A DNA stretch of 64,000 nucleotides from Alphaproteobacteria bacterium. GTDB taxonomy: Bacteria; Pseudomonadota; Alphaproteobacteria; CALKHQ01. A program made the translations under genes and the position numbers. Of the stretch, positions 49,747 to 60,646 are shown in pieces. The stretch lies in contig CBDDFZ010000002.1 of NCBI GenBank assembly GCA_965227515.1, positions 1,216,001 through 1,280,000 of the forward strand. The letters are read 5' to 3'. Each line of letters opens with the position of its first letter. The stretch's first letter is position 1. A model generated the notes under the pieces. It was not told the DNA's origin, ran no database searches, and was given only the letters and a program-made list of their open reading frames with translations.

Positions 49747-51720
49747 TCAGGCAGCCTTGGCGGTTACGTCGGCGCCGGGCGTCCTGGGCCAGACCTTCGG
49801 CCAAGTGAACGCGATGGTCGAGCCTTCGCCCGGCGCTGTCTTCGGGTCGACCTCGATCGTGCAGTCGATGGACTGTGCGATCTTGCGCAGGATCGCCAGG
49901 CCCATGCCGCTGCTCTCCAGTTCGTCGCGTGCGCGCAACGTCTGGAACATCCCGAAAATGCGCTCGTGATGCTCCGGGGCGATGCCGGGGCCGTCGTCAC
50001 TGACCTCAAAGCGCCAGCGTGTTCCTTCATCCCGCGCACTCACCGTCACCAGGCCCTTGGGCTTGTCGTGATGCAGGCAGGCGTTGCTCAGCAGGTTGCG
50101 GAAGAACTGCTCCAGCGGCGCCTGGGCGGTCTCGATGACCGGCAGGTCGGTTGCGATCACCAGGGCAATCCTGTCGGCCGGCGCGACCAGGTCGAATGCG
50201 TCCTGAACGAGGCGCAGCACATCGACATTGGCGATTTCCGCGTCGTCGCGGCCGACACGCGAGTAGTTCAGCAGATCGTCCAGCAGGCGCTCCAGACGCG
50301 CCACCCGGCTCTTGATCAACTCCATGTGCATCAGCGATTCGGCATCGACCCTGCCTTGCAGGTCCTGCTCCAGGAACCCGGTGAGGTCGGCGATGCCGCG
50401 CAGCGGTGCCTTCAGATCGTGGGAGGCGACATACGCGAACTGGGCGAGTTCGGCATTGGTGCGCTGCAGCTCGATCGCGTTGGTGCGGAACTGGCGGACC
50501 GCGCTGGCCATCTCGCCGAGCTCGTCGCTGCCGCTGACAGTGACCTCGGTCTGCAGGTCGCCTTTGGCGATGGCAAGCGTGGCGTCGCTCAGAAGGCGCA
50601 GCCTCAATGCCACGCCGCGCATCACCATGCGCCAAGCCAGCGTGCCCGCAACAAGGAACGCGACGAACGCGATAGCAATCAGGGCATATTGCGCCACGCG
50701 GACGATATCGCTGACGCTGCTTGCATCGTCCTCGACCATGCCTTCCACGGTCTGAAACAAGCTGGTGACCTGGTTGCCCAGTTGACGGCCCAGATCAGTG
50801 TTTTCCTGATCAAGGTCGTCGATACCGCGCGTGATGTCGGCAAATCTATTGCGCACCGCCACCAGGCCATCCTCGTTGAGCACCTGTTCGTTGAGCAGTC
50901 CGAGCTCGGCGCCAATCGCCGCCTTCAGGCTTTCGTCCTGCAGATCCAGAACGGCGCGCGCCACGTGGCGTACGTCCAACAGGAAGCGGTCGCGCAAGAT
51001 GTCGATCTGGGAGGGATCTGTGGTCGCGCGCAATGTCTCGGAGATATCGCGCATGTCCTCCACCCGAGAGCGCAGGACCAGAATGGTTTGTATGTTGAAG
51101 ATGTCGCGACCACCCAGGTCGTCCAACAACCTGTTGACATCCTCCACCTGCATGTCCGGCGATGTCGCCATCGCGCGAAGGTCGTCCATGTCCCGGAACA
51201 GCTTGTCCATGGCGTCGACATTGGCGGGGGCCAGCCGACTGAGTATGAGGCTGGCGCTCTCTGCGGCTTCATCGGCCCGGTCGTTCGTCGAACGGCCAAG
51301 GATGTAGCGCTGTTCCACGAGTTGGAACAACTCGCGGATGTTGTCGCTCATCGCGCGCAACGTCGCATCGATCCGCTCGACGGACTCGGCGTCGATGTCG
51401 CGCAAACGGCTCAGCTTTGAGCGGGCATAGACCATGGCGCCGCTCAGTTCGCTGTAAAGCCGGGTGAAGCTGTCTGGGTCTTCGATGGACGTCACATCGG
51501 CGGCGTCGACGATGATCTCCAGCCCCAGGTCCTGCAGGCTCTTGGCCGTCTGCATCGCCGGCAGCGCGTCGTCGAGCATGTGGTCCTGCGCGACATCGAT
51601 CATGCGAAGGCTGGCCATGCCCACCAGTGCCGCGAGCAACGCAAACACAGCAATAGCCAGGAACGCGACCCGGAGCCGCGAACTGACACTTTTCCCAGTT
51701 TGTCCAGATGCACGCCCCAT
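49747..51720 (-). CDS. Sensor histidine kinase (TorS-like periplasmic domain, HAMP, HisKA, HATPase)
   Basis: Two TM segments, DELGEMA HAMP, SHDLKAPLR, NLLSNA, DDGPGI, GMGLA. Confidence 0.9.
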   Translation of the reverse strand: MGRASGQTGKSVSSRLRVAFLAIAVFALLAALVGMASLRMIDVAQDHMLDDALPAMQTAKSLQDLGLEIIVDAADVTSIEDPDSFTRLYSELSGAMVYARSKLSRLRDIDAESVERIDATLRAMSDNIRELFQLVEQRYILGRSTNDRADEAAESASLILSRLAPANVDAMDKLFRDMDDLRAMATSPDMQVEDVNRLLDDLGGRDIFNIQTILVLRSRVEDMRDISETLRATTDPSQIDILRDRFLLDVRHVARAVLDLQDESLKAAIGAELGLLNEQVLNEDGLVAVRNRFADITRGIDDLDQENTDLGRQLGNQVTSLFQTVEGMVEDDASSVSDIVRVAQYALIAIAFVAFLVAGTLAWRMVMRGVALRLRLLSDATLAIAKGDLQTEVTVSGSDELGEMASAVRQFRTNAIELQRTNAELAQFAYVASHDLKAPLRGIADLTGFLEQDLQGRVDAESLMHMELIKSRVARLERLLDDLLNYSRVGRDDAEIANVDVLRLVQDAFDLVAPADRIALVIATDLPVIETAQAPLEQFFRNLLSNACLHHDKPKGLVTVSARDEGTRWRFEVSDDGPGIAPEHHERIFGMFQTLRARDELESSGMGLAILRKIAQSIDCTIEVDPKTAPGEGSTIAFTWPKVWPRTPGADVTAKAA

Positions 51721-51839
51721 AACCAAACCGGTGCACCTTAGTATTGAGTTGTCTGCATGCTCGCCACTTTGGCTTGAACTATCTTAACCAATCGCTGATA
51801 TCACACAAATTGACGAAAATTGTATATGAGGGCCAGTCG

Positions 51840-53297
51840 TTGAGGCGCCGCCATTTTCTGTCCGCGGCCACCGCGTGCCTTGTGGGGCCGCGCCTATTCG
51901 CCGATGACGCGGCAGCGCAATCGCCTGCGCAGCCATTCGACCTGGAAACGGTCGATACCCAGGCGACGGATGCCGCGCGAGCCTTGGCCAGCGGCCGCGA
52001 TATCACGCTGACCATCCTGATGCCGGAAGGGTCGCCGGCGAATGTCCTGCCGGCGACGGAAGCGTTTCGCGCGGCCACCGGTATCGGCTTCGCGTTTCTC
52101 GAGACCCCGGTCGACGACATCAACACGCGCATGATCATCAACGCGCTGGCGGGGGAAAGCGAGTTCGACCTGGCCTTGCCGGCCACGTTCGGAATCCCCG
52201 ATCTGGCGGAGGCGGGAACGCTTGCGGAACTGGACGCCTATGCCGCTAAATACCAGCCGCATGATTTTGGCGACCAGGCGCTCTACAAGCTGGGCGACAC
52301 CTACAACGGCCATCTCTACGGTTATCAGACCGATGGCGACGCCTACGTCATGTTCTACAACAAGGCGTTGCTGGACGACCCCGACGAACAGGCCCGGTTT
52401 GCCGACGCGCATGGCTATCCGCTGGGAATCCCGCACACATGGGCTGAACTCGATGCGATGATGGCCCACTTTCACCGGCCCGATGAGGGCCGCTACGGCG
52501 GCGCGCTGTTCCGCTCCATCTTCTACATCGTCTGGGAGTTCTGGATCCGTATGCACGCGAAGGGCTGCTGGCCGTTCGACGCGGACATGGAGCCGAAGCT
52601 TCTGGATCCGGCCGCCGTTGCCGCTGCCGAGGAACTGGTTGCCGCGTCGCAATATCTTCACCCCGACGTGCGTACCGACGGCCTGTTCGAGAACTGGGTC
52701 GCCTACGCAGAGGGCAATACGTTCTGCAACATCGGCTGGGGCGGCACCCAGAAATACCTCAACGGTCCGCAGTCCGCCATACGTGGCAAGCTGGCGTTCG
52801 GGCCGACCCCCGGCGGCATCGTGGACGGCACGATGCTCTCGGTCCCCTACTTCAACTGGGGCTGGAACTACACGGTCTCCAAGGGATCGCGGTTTCCCGA
52901 GATCGCCTACCTGTTCGCATTGTTCGCTTGCAGTCCGCGGATTTCGACCGCGGCGGTGCGGCCGGCCGATGGGTTCTTCGACCCTTTCCGGGCCGAGCAT
53001 TACGAGGATGCCGAAATCGTATCGGCCTACACCGAGAGTTTCCTGGAGACCCACAAGGCCAGCATGCTTGGCAGTATTCCCGACCTCTACCTGTCGGGCC
53101 AAGGCGAGTATTTCGATGCCCTGCGCGAGAACCTGATCCTGGCCGACACCGGACAGGTCTCGGCGTACGAGGCGATGGATCGCACGGCCAAGCAGTGGTC
53201 GCAAACCACGCGTCGGCTCGGGCGCGCCAATCAGATCGCGCAATGGAAAAAGCTCCGTGACCGCTACCCAGCCGAGATCAGCGCCCTCCTGAGATAG
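51840..53297 (+). CDS. Tat-exported extracellular solute-binding protein (family 1-like)
   Basis: RRRHFLS Tat motif, YNKALL, PHTWAEL; no permease or ATPase adjacent. Confidence 0.8.
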   Translation: MRRRHFLSAATACLVGPRLFADDAAAQSPAQPFDLETVDTQATDAARALASGRDITLTILMPEGSPANVLPATEAFRAATGIGFAFLETPVDDINTRMIINALAGESEFDLALPATFGIPDLAEAGTLAELDAYAAKYQPHDFGDQALYKLGDTYNGHLYGYQTDGDAYVMFYNKALLDDPDEQARFADAHGYPLGIPHTWAELDAMMAHFHRPDEGRYGGALFRSIFYIVWEFWIRMHAKGCWPFDADMEPKLLDPAAVAAAEELVAASQYLHPDVRTDGLFENWVAYAEGNTFCNIGWGGTQKYLNGPQSAIRGKLAFGPTPGGIVDGTMLSVPYFNWGWNYTVSKGSRFPEIAYLFALFACSPRISTAAVRPADGFFDPFRAEHYEDAEIVSAYTESFLETHKASMLGSIPDLYLSGQGEYFDALRENLILADTGQVSAYEAMDRTAKQWSQTTRRLGRANQIAQWKKLRDRYPAEISALLR

Positions 53298-53333
53298 CCG
53301 GCCGGCGCCCAGCCGGTGCAGCCCGCGCCGGCG

Positions 53334-54719
53334 CTACTCGCTCGTCGGCAACCCGATCATCTGCTTGGCCTCGTCGTCGAAAATGCGACCACCCTCGATC
53401 CCCTCGGGGCGGCCCGCGATGACGATCAACAGCTTCGACGGATCCAGCCAGATCTCCGCGGTCTGGCGCGCCACGTCCAACGTGACCGCATCCACCAGGG
53501 CCGGGCGCAGGTCGTAATAGTCGATCGGCAGTTCGAGTTCCTGGTAAGTGCGCAACGCGGTCGCAATCGACGACGTGTTGTCATAGCGCAAGGGGTAGGA
53601 GCCATTGACGAACGTGCGCGCGTCCGCAACCTCCTGTGCCGTCGGCCCGTCCGTCGCCATCTTGTCCCACTCGGCCAGAAGCACTTCCAGCGTCTCGGCC
53701 GCGCGCGCGTTGATGGTGGACGTCTGGCCCATGATCATGCCGGCCTCGTCCCAGGACTGGAGCCATGTCGCCACGCCATAGGTCAGGCCGCGCTGTTCGC
53801 GAATCTCGTCGTACAGGCGCGAACTGAAGCCGCTGCCGCCAAGAATGCGATTGACGATGTTGACGGGGTGATAGTCGTCGGAATCGACCAGCGGGCCGGG
53901 TTGCCCGAACAGGAACACCGACTGCGCCAGGTCCACATCGACAATGACGATCTCGCCTTGTCCCTGCATCTCCACAGGCGGCAGCTCCCAAGGCGTCGCC
54001 TCGGCCGGCAGGCCGCCGAACACCTGGTCCAGGTAGGCGCCGAGCGCGTCCTTGTCGATGTCGCCGACAACGCCGATCACCAAATTGTCGCGGGCGAACC
54101 GGCGCTCGACGAAACCGCGCAGGTCGTCGGCCGTCATGGCGGCAATGGTGTCGAGCGTGCCCGACACAGGGCGCCCGTAGGGGTGGTCAGGGAATGCGGT
54201 GGCGAACCATGCAAGGCTGGCCAGGGTGCCGGGGTCCTGCAGGCTGCTGCGCAGGCCGGCCACAAGCGCGCGCCGCATGCGCTCCAAGGGCTCCTCGTCG
54301 AACCGGGGCGCGTTCAGCGCCTTGGTCAGCAGGTCGAAGCCCAGGTCTGCGTCCGAACTCAGCATATAGAGCGAGCCCGAAAAGCCGTCGCGATAGGCGC
54401 TGAAGCCAATGCCGATGGAGTTCTCGTTCAGCAGTCCTTGAAAGGCGCGCGAATCAAGGTCGTCCGCGCCCTCGTCGAGCATCACGGACACAAAGTCCGC
54501 CAAGCCCTCCTTGCCCTCCGGGTCCAGCGCGGACCCGCCCAGGAATGAGAACTTGACCGAGATCACCGGCACATCGGGCGCATACAGGTACCAGGCCTCG
54601 ATGCCGCCGGGCGACACCACGCGCTCGCCGACGAAGGCATCGGCGGGCCGGGTGGTCAGGGCGAGGCCGCAAACGGCAGCGAGGCCGACCAGCGTCATGA
54701 AGCGGGTGAGCAGGATCAT
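53334..54719 (-). CDS. M16 family peptidase, non-catalytic subunit
   Basis: No HxxEH; SRLYDEIREQRGLTY; paired with the catalytic subunit. Confidence 0.88.
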   Translation of the reverse strand: MILLTRFMTLVGLAAVCGLALTTRPADAFVGERVVSPGGIEAWYLYAPDVPVISVKFSFLGGSALDPEGKEGLADFVSVMLDEGADDLDSRAFQGLLNENSIGIGFSAYRDGFSGSLYMLSSDADLGFDLLTKALNAPRFDEEPLERMRRALVAGLRSSLQDPGTLASLAWFATAFPDHPYGRPVSGTLDTIAAMTADDLRGFVERRFARDNLVIGVVGDIDKDALGAYLDQVFGGLPAEATPWELPPVEMQGQGEIVIVDVDLAQSVFLFGQPGPLVDSDDYHPVNIVNRILGGSGFSSRLYDEIREQRGLTYGVATWLQSWDEAGMIMGQTSTINARAAETLEVLLAEWDKMATDGPTAQEVADARTFVNGSYPLRYDNTSSIATALRTYQELELPIDYYDLRPALVDAVTLDVARQTAEIWLDPSKLLIVIAGRPEGIEGGRIFDDEAKQMIGLPTSE

Positions 54720-54813
54720 CGTCAGGCTCCTATTCCGGCCGGGCGCGTGGCGCCGGTTGCGGCCGGTTTGAAATATCGATCCGGTGCGGTTGGCCAACGT
54801 CTTGGCGGCGTGG

Positions 54814-56205
54814 CTATTCGGCCGGAGCCGGCATCAGGATCGATGTCACCGAATTGGCGGGATCGAAAACGTAGGCGATGGCAGCGTTCACATCAGCCAC
54901 CGTGACCTCACCCAGCTTCTCCGGCCAGTTCTCGACATCCTCGATAGAGCGACCGGCCGCCAAAGCGCTGCCAAGGGTGCGCGCACCGGCCATCAGCGAA
55001 TCCTGGGCGAAGATGGCGTCCGACTGAAGCTGCTTGATCGCCGATGCGACCTCCTCCTCGGTCACGCCGTCGGTCATCAGCATGTCGATCTCAGCCTCGA
55101 TCGCGGCCTCGAGCGCCGCGACGGCTGCTTCGTCGTCGCCGTCGCTGACCGGCGAGCCATAGACGCCGAAGATGCCGTGATCGATGTTGTCGGGACCGTA
55201 GTAGGCCCCCGCGCTGACCGCGATGCCCTGCTCGAAGACCAGCCGCTCATAGAACCGGCTGTCGGTGCCATAGCCCATGATCTCGGCCAGCACTTGCAGT
55301 GCATAGGCGTGCTCGCTCGCCCCGTACTGGTAGCTGGGCGCCAGGTAGGAGCGGGACCACGACGGCTGGCCGATGGTGGGATGCTCCAGGTAGACCGTGC
55401 GCGGCGCATAGTGCGGCGGCTCCTCGATGCGCGCACGTTCCGGCGTGTCGGCGCGCGGAATTTCGGCAAAGTACTGCTCGACCAAGGGGCGCAATTCGTC
55501 CATCGACACCGCGCCGGCCACTGCCAGCACCGCGTTGTTGGGCGCGTACCACGTGCCGTAGAACTCCAGCATCTGCTCGATGGACAGGGTCTCGATCTCG
55601 TGCCGCCAGCCCAGGATCGGCGTGCCATAGGGATGGTGCGAGAACAGGGTCGCCAGGGCCTCGACCTGCGCCCAGGAGGACGGCTCGTTGCTGATGCGGG
55701 TGGCGAATTCCTCCAGCACGACCAGCCGCTCGGGCTCCACCACGTCCGGCGTCAGGATCAGGTTGGTCATCCGGTCAGCCTCGAACTCAAGCGCGCGTTC
55801 CAGGTGCTCCGGCGCGATGATTTCGTAGTAGGCGGTTTCGTCCCACGAGGTGTGGGCGTTCTGCTGGCCGCCGACGCTGGCGATGAACCTGTCGAAGGCG
55901 CCATGCTCGAACGTGGTGGTCTCGCCGAACATCAGGTGCTCGAATATGTGCGCGATCCCGGACTGGCCGCGCAGCTCATCGGCCGACCCGACGCCGTAGT
56001 AGATGATGACGCCGACCGAGGGCATCGCCGGCTTTTCCAGCAACAGGACGCGCAGGCCATTGTCGAGCGTGAAGCTCTGCGGGTTGAACACGCCAGCCGA
56101 TGCCGCCGGTGCGACGGCAGCCACGCCTGCCGAAATCAGCGCCGCGCCGGCCAGTCGGCGCGTCGTCGTCAACATGCGTGAGTGACCGGTCTCATTGTTC
56201 GCCAT
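54814..56205 (-). CDS. M16 family zinc peptidase
   Basis: GIAHIFEHLMF (HxxEH), NAHT, YAPNNA. Confidence 0.92.
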   Translation of the reverse strand: MANNETGHSRMLTTTRRLAGAALISAGVAAVAPAASAGVFNPQSFTLDNGLRVLLLEKPAMPSVGVIIYYGVGSADELRGQSGIAHIFEHLMFGETTTFEHGAFDRFIASVGGQQNAHTSWDETAYYEIIAPEHLERALEFEADRMTNLILTPDVVEPERLVVLEEFATRISNEPSSWAQVEALATLFSHHPYGTPILGWRHEIETLSIEQMLEFYGTWYAPNNAVLAVAGAVSMDELRPLVEQYFAEIPRADTPERARIEEPPHYAPRTVYLEHPTIGQPSWSRSYLAPSYQYGASEHAYALQVLAEIMGYGTDSRFYERLVFEQGIAVSAGAYYGPDNIDHGIFGVYGSPVSDGDDEAAVAALEAAIEAEIDMLMTDGVTEEEVASAIKQLQSDAIFAQDSLMAGARTLGSALAAGRSIEDVENWPEKLGEVTVADVNAAIAYVFDPANSVTSILMPAPAE

Positions 56206-56305
56206 GGCAGTGTCCTTCATCGGCAGTGCGGGCTCGTTCCGCAGCAAGTATTCCAGGTGGCGATGCTGACGTTCGATCAGCCTCGCCAGTCGTCGCAGGC
56301 GTCGA

Positions 56306-56854
56306 TCAGAACAGGACGATCGTGTCCGTGCGGCGCTCGATCACCGGCGTCTCGCCTTCGTTGATCGGTGCGCCGCGGGCCTGGTTGGCGCTGATCCGCT
56401 CAGCCTCGGCCGCGGCGTTCAGCACCGAGCCGGACGGGCCGTCATCCTGCCAGAACAGCAGATAGTCGGCCAAACCGCCGCTGTCCTCGTCCGACACGCG
56501 GCTTTCGGCGCTCAGGATGGCCCGGATCGACGGGTCGACGTCGCTGGCGCCGGCCTGGTTCAACAGCGCCTGTTCCGCCGCGCTGCCGGTCACGACCGGG
56601 GCGCCGGTGGCACCGACCAGCGCTTCGCGTGCCTGTTGCGCCGGCGCCTCGATGGTCGGGTCGGGCGCGTTCGGGTCCGGCGGCCGCAAGGTGAAGTCCG
56701 GCGGAATCGACAGCGGCAGGTTGGTCACCACCTGGAACTCGTCCGGCGGGTTCTGTCGCTTCAGGCCCAATGCCTCCGACAGGCCGCTGCACCCGCCGAG
56801 GACCATGGTCGCGGCGCATGCCATCACGATTGTAAGTGTCGTCCTAGAGGTCAT
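56306..56854 (-). CDS. DUF3035 family lipoprotein
   Basis: Lipobox LGGC, PDEFQVV..PLSIPPDFTLRPP. Confidence 0.85.
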   Translation of the reverse strand: MTSRTTLTIVMACAATMVLGGCSGLSEALGLKRQNPPDEFQVVTNLPLSIPPDFTLRPPDPNAPDPTIEAPAQQAREALVGATGAPVVTGSAAEQALLNQAGASDVDPSIRAILSAESRVSDEDSGGLADYLLFWQDDGPSGSVLNAAAEAERISANQARGAPINEGETPVIERRTDTIVLF

Positions 56855-56871
56855 TCCTGTTTCCCCCTCTT

Positions 56872-57426
56872 TCAACCTTTCTTGGTCAGTCCGAACAGGG
56901 CGTCGATCACCACAAGTCCCACCCCTATGGTGATCGCAGAATCAGCCACGTTGAACGCCGGCCAATGATAGTCCGCTACGTGCAGGTCCACAAAATCAAC
57001 AACCGCACCGAAGCGGGCGCGATCGATCACGTTGCCCAAGGCGCCGCCGGCGATCAGCCCGACGGCCCAGGCGAGCCAGCCCTGGCGCGAGCGCCACAGC
57101 CAAATCATCAGGCCGGCGGTCACCGCCAGCGCGATGGCGACGAACACCCACGGGCCGACGCCGCTCAACATCCCGAATGACACGCCCTGGTTGCCGACCA
57201 ACACCCAGTTCAGGAAGCCGGTGACTTCAATCGGCCGGGCCGGCACGAAGTTCTGGAACAGGCCGGCATCGCCGAAGTCGCGGCCGAACATTTCGACCGC
57301 CCAGAACTTGGTGGCCTGGTCGAGCACGATCACGACGATGGCGAGCACGATGGACACCCCGAACAGCCGGGAAAGTCGGCGTGGGCTGCTCGAGCCTTGC
57401 ATGGCGCTGGAGGCTTCCGCTGTCAT
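56872..57426 (-). CDS. lspA: Lipoprotein signal peptidase II
   Basis: DQATK, NQGVSFG, GGALGNVIDR, VVDF, FNVADSAI. Confidence 0.95.
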   Translation of the reverse strand: MTAEASSAMQGSSSPRRLSRLFGVSIVLAIVVIVLDQATKFWAVEMFGRDFGDAGLFQNFVPARPIEVTGFLNWVLVGNQGVSFGMLSGVGPWVFVAIALAVTAGLMIWLWRSRQGWLAWAVGLIAGGALGNVIDRARFGAVVDFVDLHVADYHWPAFNVADSAITIGVGLVVIDALFGLTKKG

Positions 57427-57430
57427 CGGT

Positions 57431-60334
57431 TTATGCCGCGATCGCCGGGCGGGCGCGCACCGCATCGGCACAGCGTCCGCAGACACCGGGCACGTCGGCA
57501 CTGGCGCCCACGTCGGGCAGCACCTGCCAGCACCGCGCGCACTTTTCGCCGTCCGCAACGCTGACCACGACCGCCACGTCCGCCACATCGGGCAGGCGGA
57601 ACGCGCCCTCGGGCGCCGCCGTCGTCACCGCCTCGGCGGACGAGGTGATGGTGATCTCGGCCAGGTCCAGGCCAGCCAATGTCGACACATCGTCGGGCGT
57701 CACGTGAACCTGAACGGCGGCCTGCAACGAGGCGCCGATCTGCTTGTCGGCCCGCGCCAATTCCAGCGCGCCGGTCACCGTCCGGCGGATGTCGCGCACC
57801 CGCGCCCACTTGGCCGCCAGCCCGGGGTTCGCCCAGTCCTTCGGCGTCTGCGGGAACTGGCGCAGATGGACGCTGGACGCGGCATCGCCCATGCGGGCCA
57901 GCCACGCCTCCTCGGCGGTGAACACCAGGATCGGCGCCAGCCACGCGGTCAGCCGGTCGAACACCAGGTCCAGCACGGTGCGCGCGGCACGGCGGCGCAC
58001 GCTGGTCGCCGGGTCGCAATAGAGCGCATCCTTGCGGATGTCGAAATAGAACGCCGAGAGGTCCGCCGTCGCGAAATTGTGGAGCGCGGTGAACTGGGCA
58101 TGGAAGTCGAACGTGTCGCTGGTCTTGTGCACCAGCTCGTCCAGCACCTGCAGGCGATGCAGGATCAGCCGTTCCAGTTCCGGCATCTCCTCAATCGGCA
58201 GCCGCTCCTGCGGGTCGAAGCCGTGCAGGTTGCCGAGCAGGAAGCGGAACGTGTTGCGGATGCGGCGATAGAGATCGACCTGGCGCTTCAGGATCTCCGG
58301 CCCGATGCGCAGGTCCTCCGAATAGTCGGAGCCCACCACCCACAGCCGCAGAATGTCGGCGCCGTACTGCTCGATCACCTGTTGCGGCACCACCTGGTTG
58401 CCCAGCGATTTCGACATCTTGCGGCCGTCCTCGGCCATGACGAAGCCGTGGGTCAGCACCGCGTCATAGGGCGCGCGCCCGCGTGTGCCGCAGCTTTCCA
58501 GCAGCGAGGAATGGAACCAGCCACGGTGCTGGTCGGTCCCCTCCAGATAGAGTGACGCCGGGAATGACAAGTCGTCGCGCGCCTCCAGCACGAACTGATG
58601 GGTCGAGCCGCTTTCGAACCACACGTCCAGGATGTCGTCGACCTTCTCCCAGTCGTCGGCATCGTAACTATTGCCCAGAAAGCGGGCCGCCGCACCTTCC
58701 GCGAACCAAGCGTCGGCACCCTCTTCGGCGAATGCGGCAGCAATGCGACCATTCACGGCGTCGTCGTGCAGCAGTTCGCCGGTGCGCCGGTGGACGAACA
58801 CGGTGATCGGCACGCCCCAGGCGCGCTGGCGCGAGATCACCCAGTCGGGCCGTTGCTCGATCATGCCGCGCAGGCGCTTCTGGCCGCTCGGCGGATAGAA
58901 TTTTGTCTCGTCGATTGCCTTCAGCGCCTTGCCGCGCAGCCCGTCAGGCCCAGCCGCGTCGTTCATGGCGATGAACCACTGCGGCGTGTTGCGGAAGATC
59001 ACCGGTTTGCGCGACCGCCACGAGTGCGGGTACTGGTGCTCCAGCCGCCCGCGCGCCGCCAGCATGCCGGCGGCGACCAGCGCGTCGATGACGGCCTTGT
59101 TGGCGTCGCCCTTCTTGCCGTCCTCGGTCAGCACATGATGGCCCTCGAAGCCCGGCGCCTCGCTGGTGAAGCTGCCGTCGTCGGCCACCGTGAACGGGAT
59201 GCGGGTGTCGATGCCGGCGTCCTTCAGCACGGCCTCGTTGTCCATCCAGATCTCGAAGTCCTCGGCACCATGGCCGGGGGCGGTATGGACGAAGCCGGTG
59301 CCGGCGTCCGACGTCACATGGTCGCCGTCGAACAATGGAACGGTGAAGTCATAGCCCTTGCCGGCCAACGGGTGGCGGCAGGTCAGGCCGGCCGAGTCCA
59401 CCGCCTGCAAGCGCTTGACGCCGTCCTCCGGCACCCGGGCGGCCTTGAACACGTCGGCGGCCAGGCTGTCGGCGATGACCAGGCGCTCGCCTGATTTCAC
59501 CCAGTTGTCCTCGGGCGCGCCGGTGACTTCGTAGAGCCCGTACTCGATGCGCGATGAGAAGCTGATCGCCCGGTTGCCGGGGATCGTCCATGGCGTCGTG
59601 GTCCAGATCACCACCGCGGCGCCGTCCAGAGCATCCTTGCCGTCGCGGATCGGGAACTTCACCCACACCGTGTCGGAGACGTAGTCGTGGTACTCGACCT
59701 CGGCCTCGGCCAGCGCGGTGCGCTCCACCACCGACCACATCACCGGCTTGGAGCCGCGATAAAGCTGGCCGGAGGTGGCGAACTTCATCACCTCGCGCGC
59801 GATCTGCGCCTCGGCCGCGAAATGCATGGTCGAGTAGTAGTTCTCCCAGTCGCCTGTTACGCCCAGGCGTTGGAACTCCTCCGACTGCACGTCCAGCCAG
59901 TGCTGGGCGAACTCGCGGCATTCGCGCCGGAATTCGTTGATCGGGATCGCGTCCTTGTCCTTGCCCTCGGCACGGTACTGTTCCTCGACCTTCCACTCGA
60001 TCGGCAGGCCGTGGCAGTCCCAGCCGGGCACGTAGATCGAGTCCTTGCCCAGCATCTGCTGGGACCGGCTGATCACGTCCTTCAGGATCTTGTTGAGCGC
60101 GTGCCCGATGTGCAGGTGCCCGTTCGCATAGGGCGGGCCGTCATGCAGGATGAAAGGTTCGCGCCCCTTAGCGTCGGCGCGCATCTGGTGCCAGACGTCG
60201 TCCTGCTTCCAGCGGGCCAGCATGTCGGGCTCGCGGTTCGGCAAGTTGGCCTTCATCGGAAAGCTGGTCTGCGGCAGATAGATAGTCGGGCGATAGTCGG
60301 GGTTGCCGTCCTTGTCGCGCGGCAGCTCGGTCAT
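57431..60334 (-). CDS. ileS: Isoleucine--tRNA ligase
   Basis: [36 protein letters not shown]-terminal Zn finger. Confidence 0.97.
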   Translation of the reverse strand: MTELPRDKDGNPDYRPTIYLPQTSFPMKANLPNREPDMLARWKQDDVWHQMRADAKGREPFILHDGPPYANGHLHIGHALNKILKDVISRSQQMLGKDSIYVPGWDCHGLPIEWKVEEQYRAEGKDKDAIPINEFRRECREFAQHWLDVQSEEFQRLGVTGDWENYYSTMHFAAEAQIAREVMKFATSGQLYRGSKPVMWSVVERTALAEAEVEYHDYVSDTVWVKFPIRDGKDALDGAAVVIWTTTPWTIPGNRAISFSSRIEYGLYEVTGAPEDNWVKSGERLVIADSLAADVFKAARVPEDGVKRLQAVDSAGLTCRHPLAGKGYDFTVPLFDGDHVTSDAGTGFVHTAPGHGAEDFEIWMDNEAVLKDAGIDTRIPFTVADDGSFTSEAPGFEGHHVLTEDGKKGDANKAVIDALVAAGMLAARGRLEHQYPHSWRSRKPVIFRNTPQWFIAMNDAAGPDGLRGKALKAIDETKFYPPSGQKRLRGMIEQRPDWVISRQRAWGVPITVFVHRRTGELLHDDAVNGRIAAAFAEEGADAWFAEGAAARFLGNSYDADDWEKVDDILDVWFESGSTHQFVLEARDDLSFPASLYLEGTDQHRGWFHSSLLESCGTRGRAPYDAVLTHGFVMAEDGRKMSKSLGNQVVPQQVIEQYGADILRLWVVGSDYSEDLRIGPEILKRQVDLYRRIRNTFRFLLGNLHGFDPQERLPIEEMPELERLILHRLQVLDELVHKTSDTFDFHAQFTALHNFATADLSAFYFDIRKDALYCDPATSVRRRAARTVLDLVFDRLTAWLAPILVFTAEEAWLARMGDAASSVHLRQFPQTPKDWANPGLAAKWARVRDIRRTVTGALELARADKQIGASLQAAVQVHVTPDDVSTLAGLDLAEITITSSAEAVTTAAPEGAFRLPDVADVAVVVSVADGEKCARCWQVLPDVGASADVPGVCGRCADAVRARPAIAA

Positions 60335-60646
60335 ATCGAATTCCTGGTTCGGTTACACCGCCTGCCGGTCCGCGAGGGCGCCGGTCTGGCGCGGCGTTCA
60401 GTCATGTCCTTGATATCCGGGGATATCGAAATGGGGATATCGGAAGATATCGGATTGGGTCTGGCATCGCCAATGGCCGGCGCGGCGGCGTGCGTTTGGC
60501 GTCAAACGCTCGGCCGGTGCGCCGGGGCGGTAATTCGTTCGTGGAAGGCGGCCATCAAACGCATCTCCGAGTTCGGCGCGGAGACTACGCCAATTGATGG
60601 CGGAATTGAAGCAATCTGATGCGGCAGGCCGGCAACCGCATACGGC

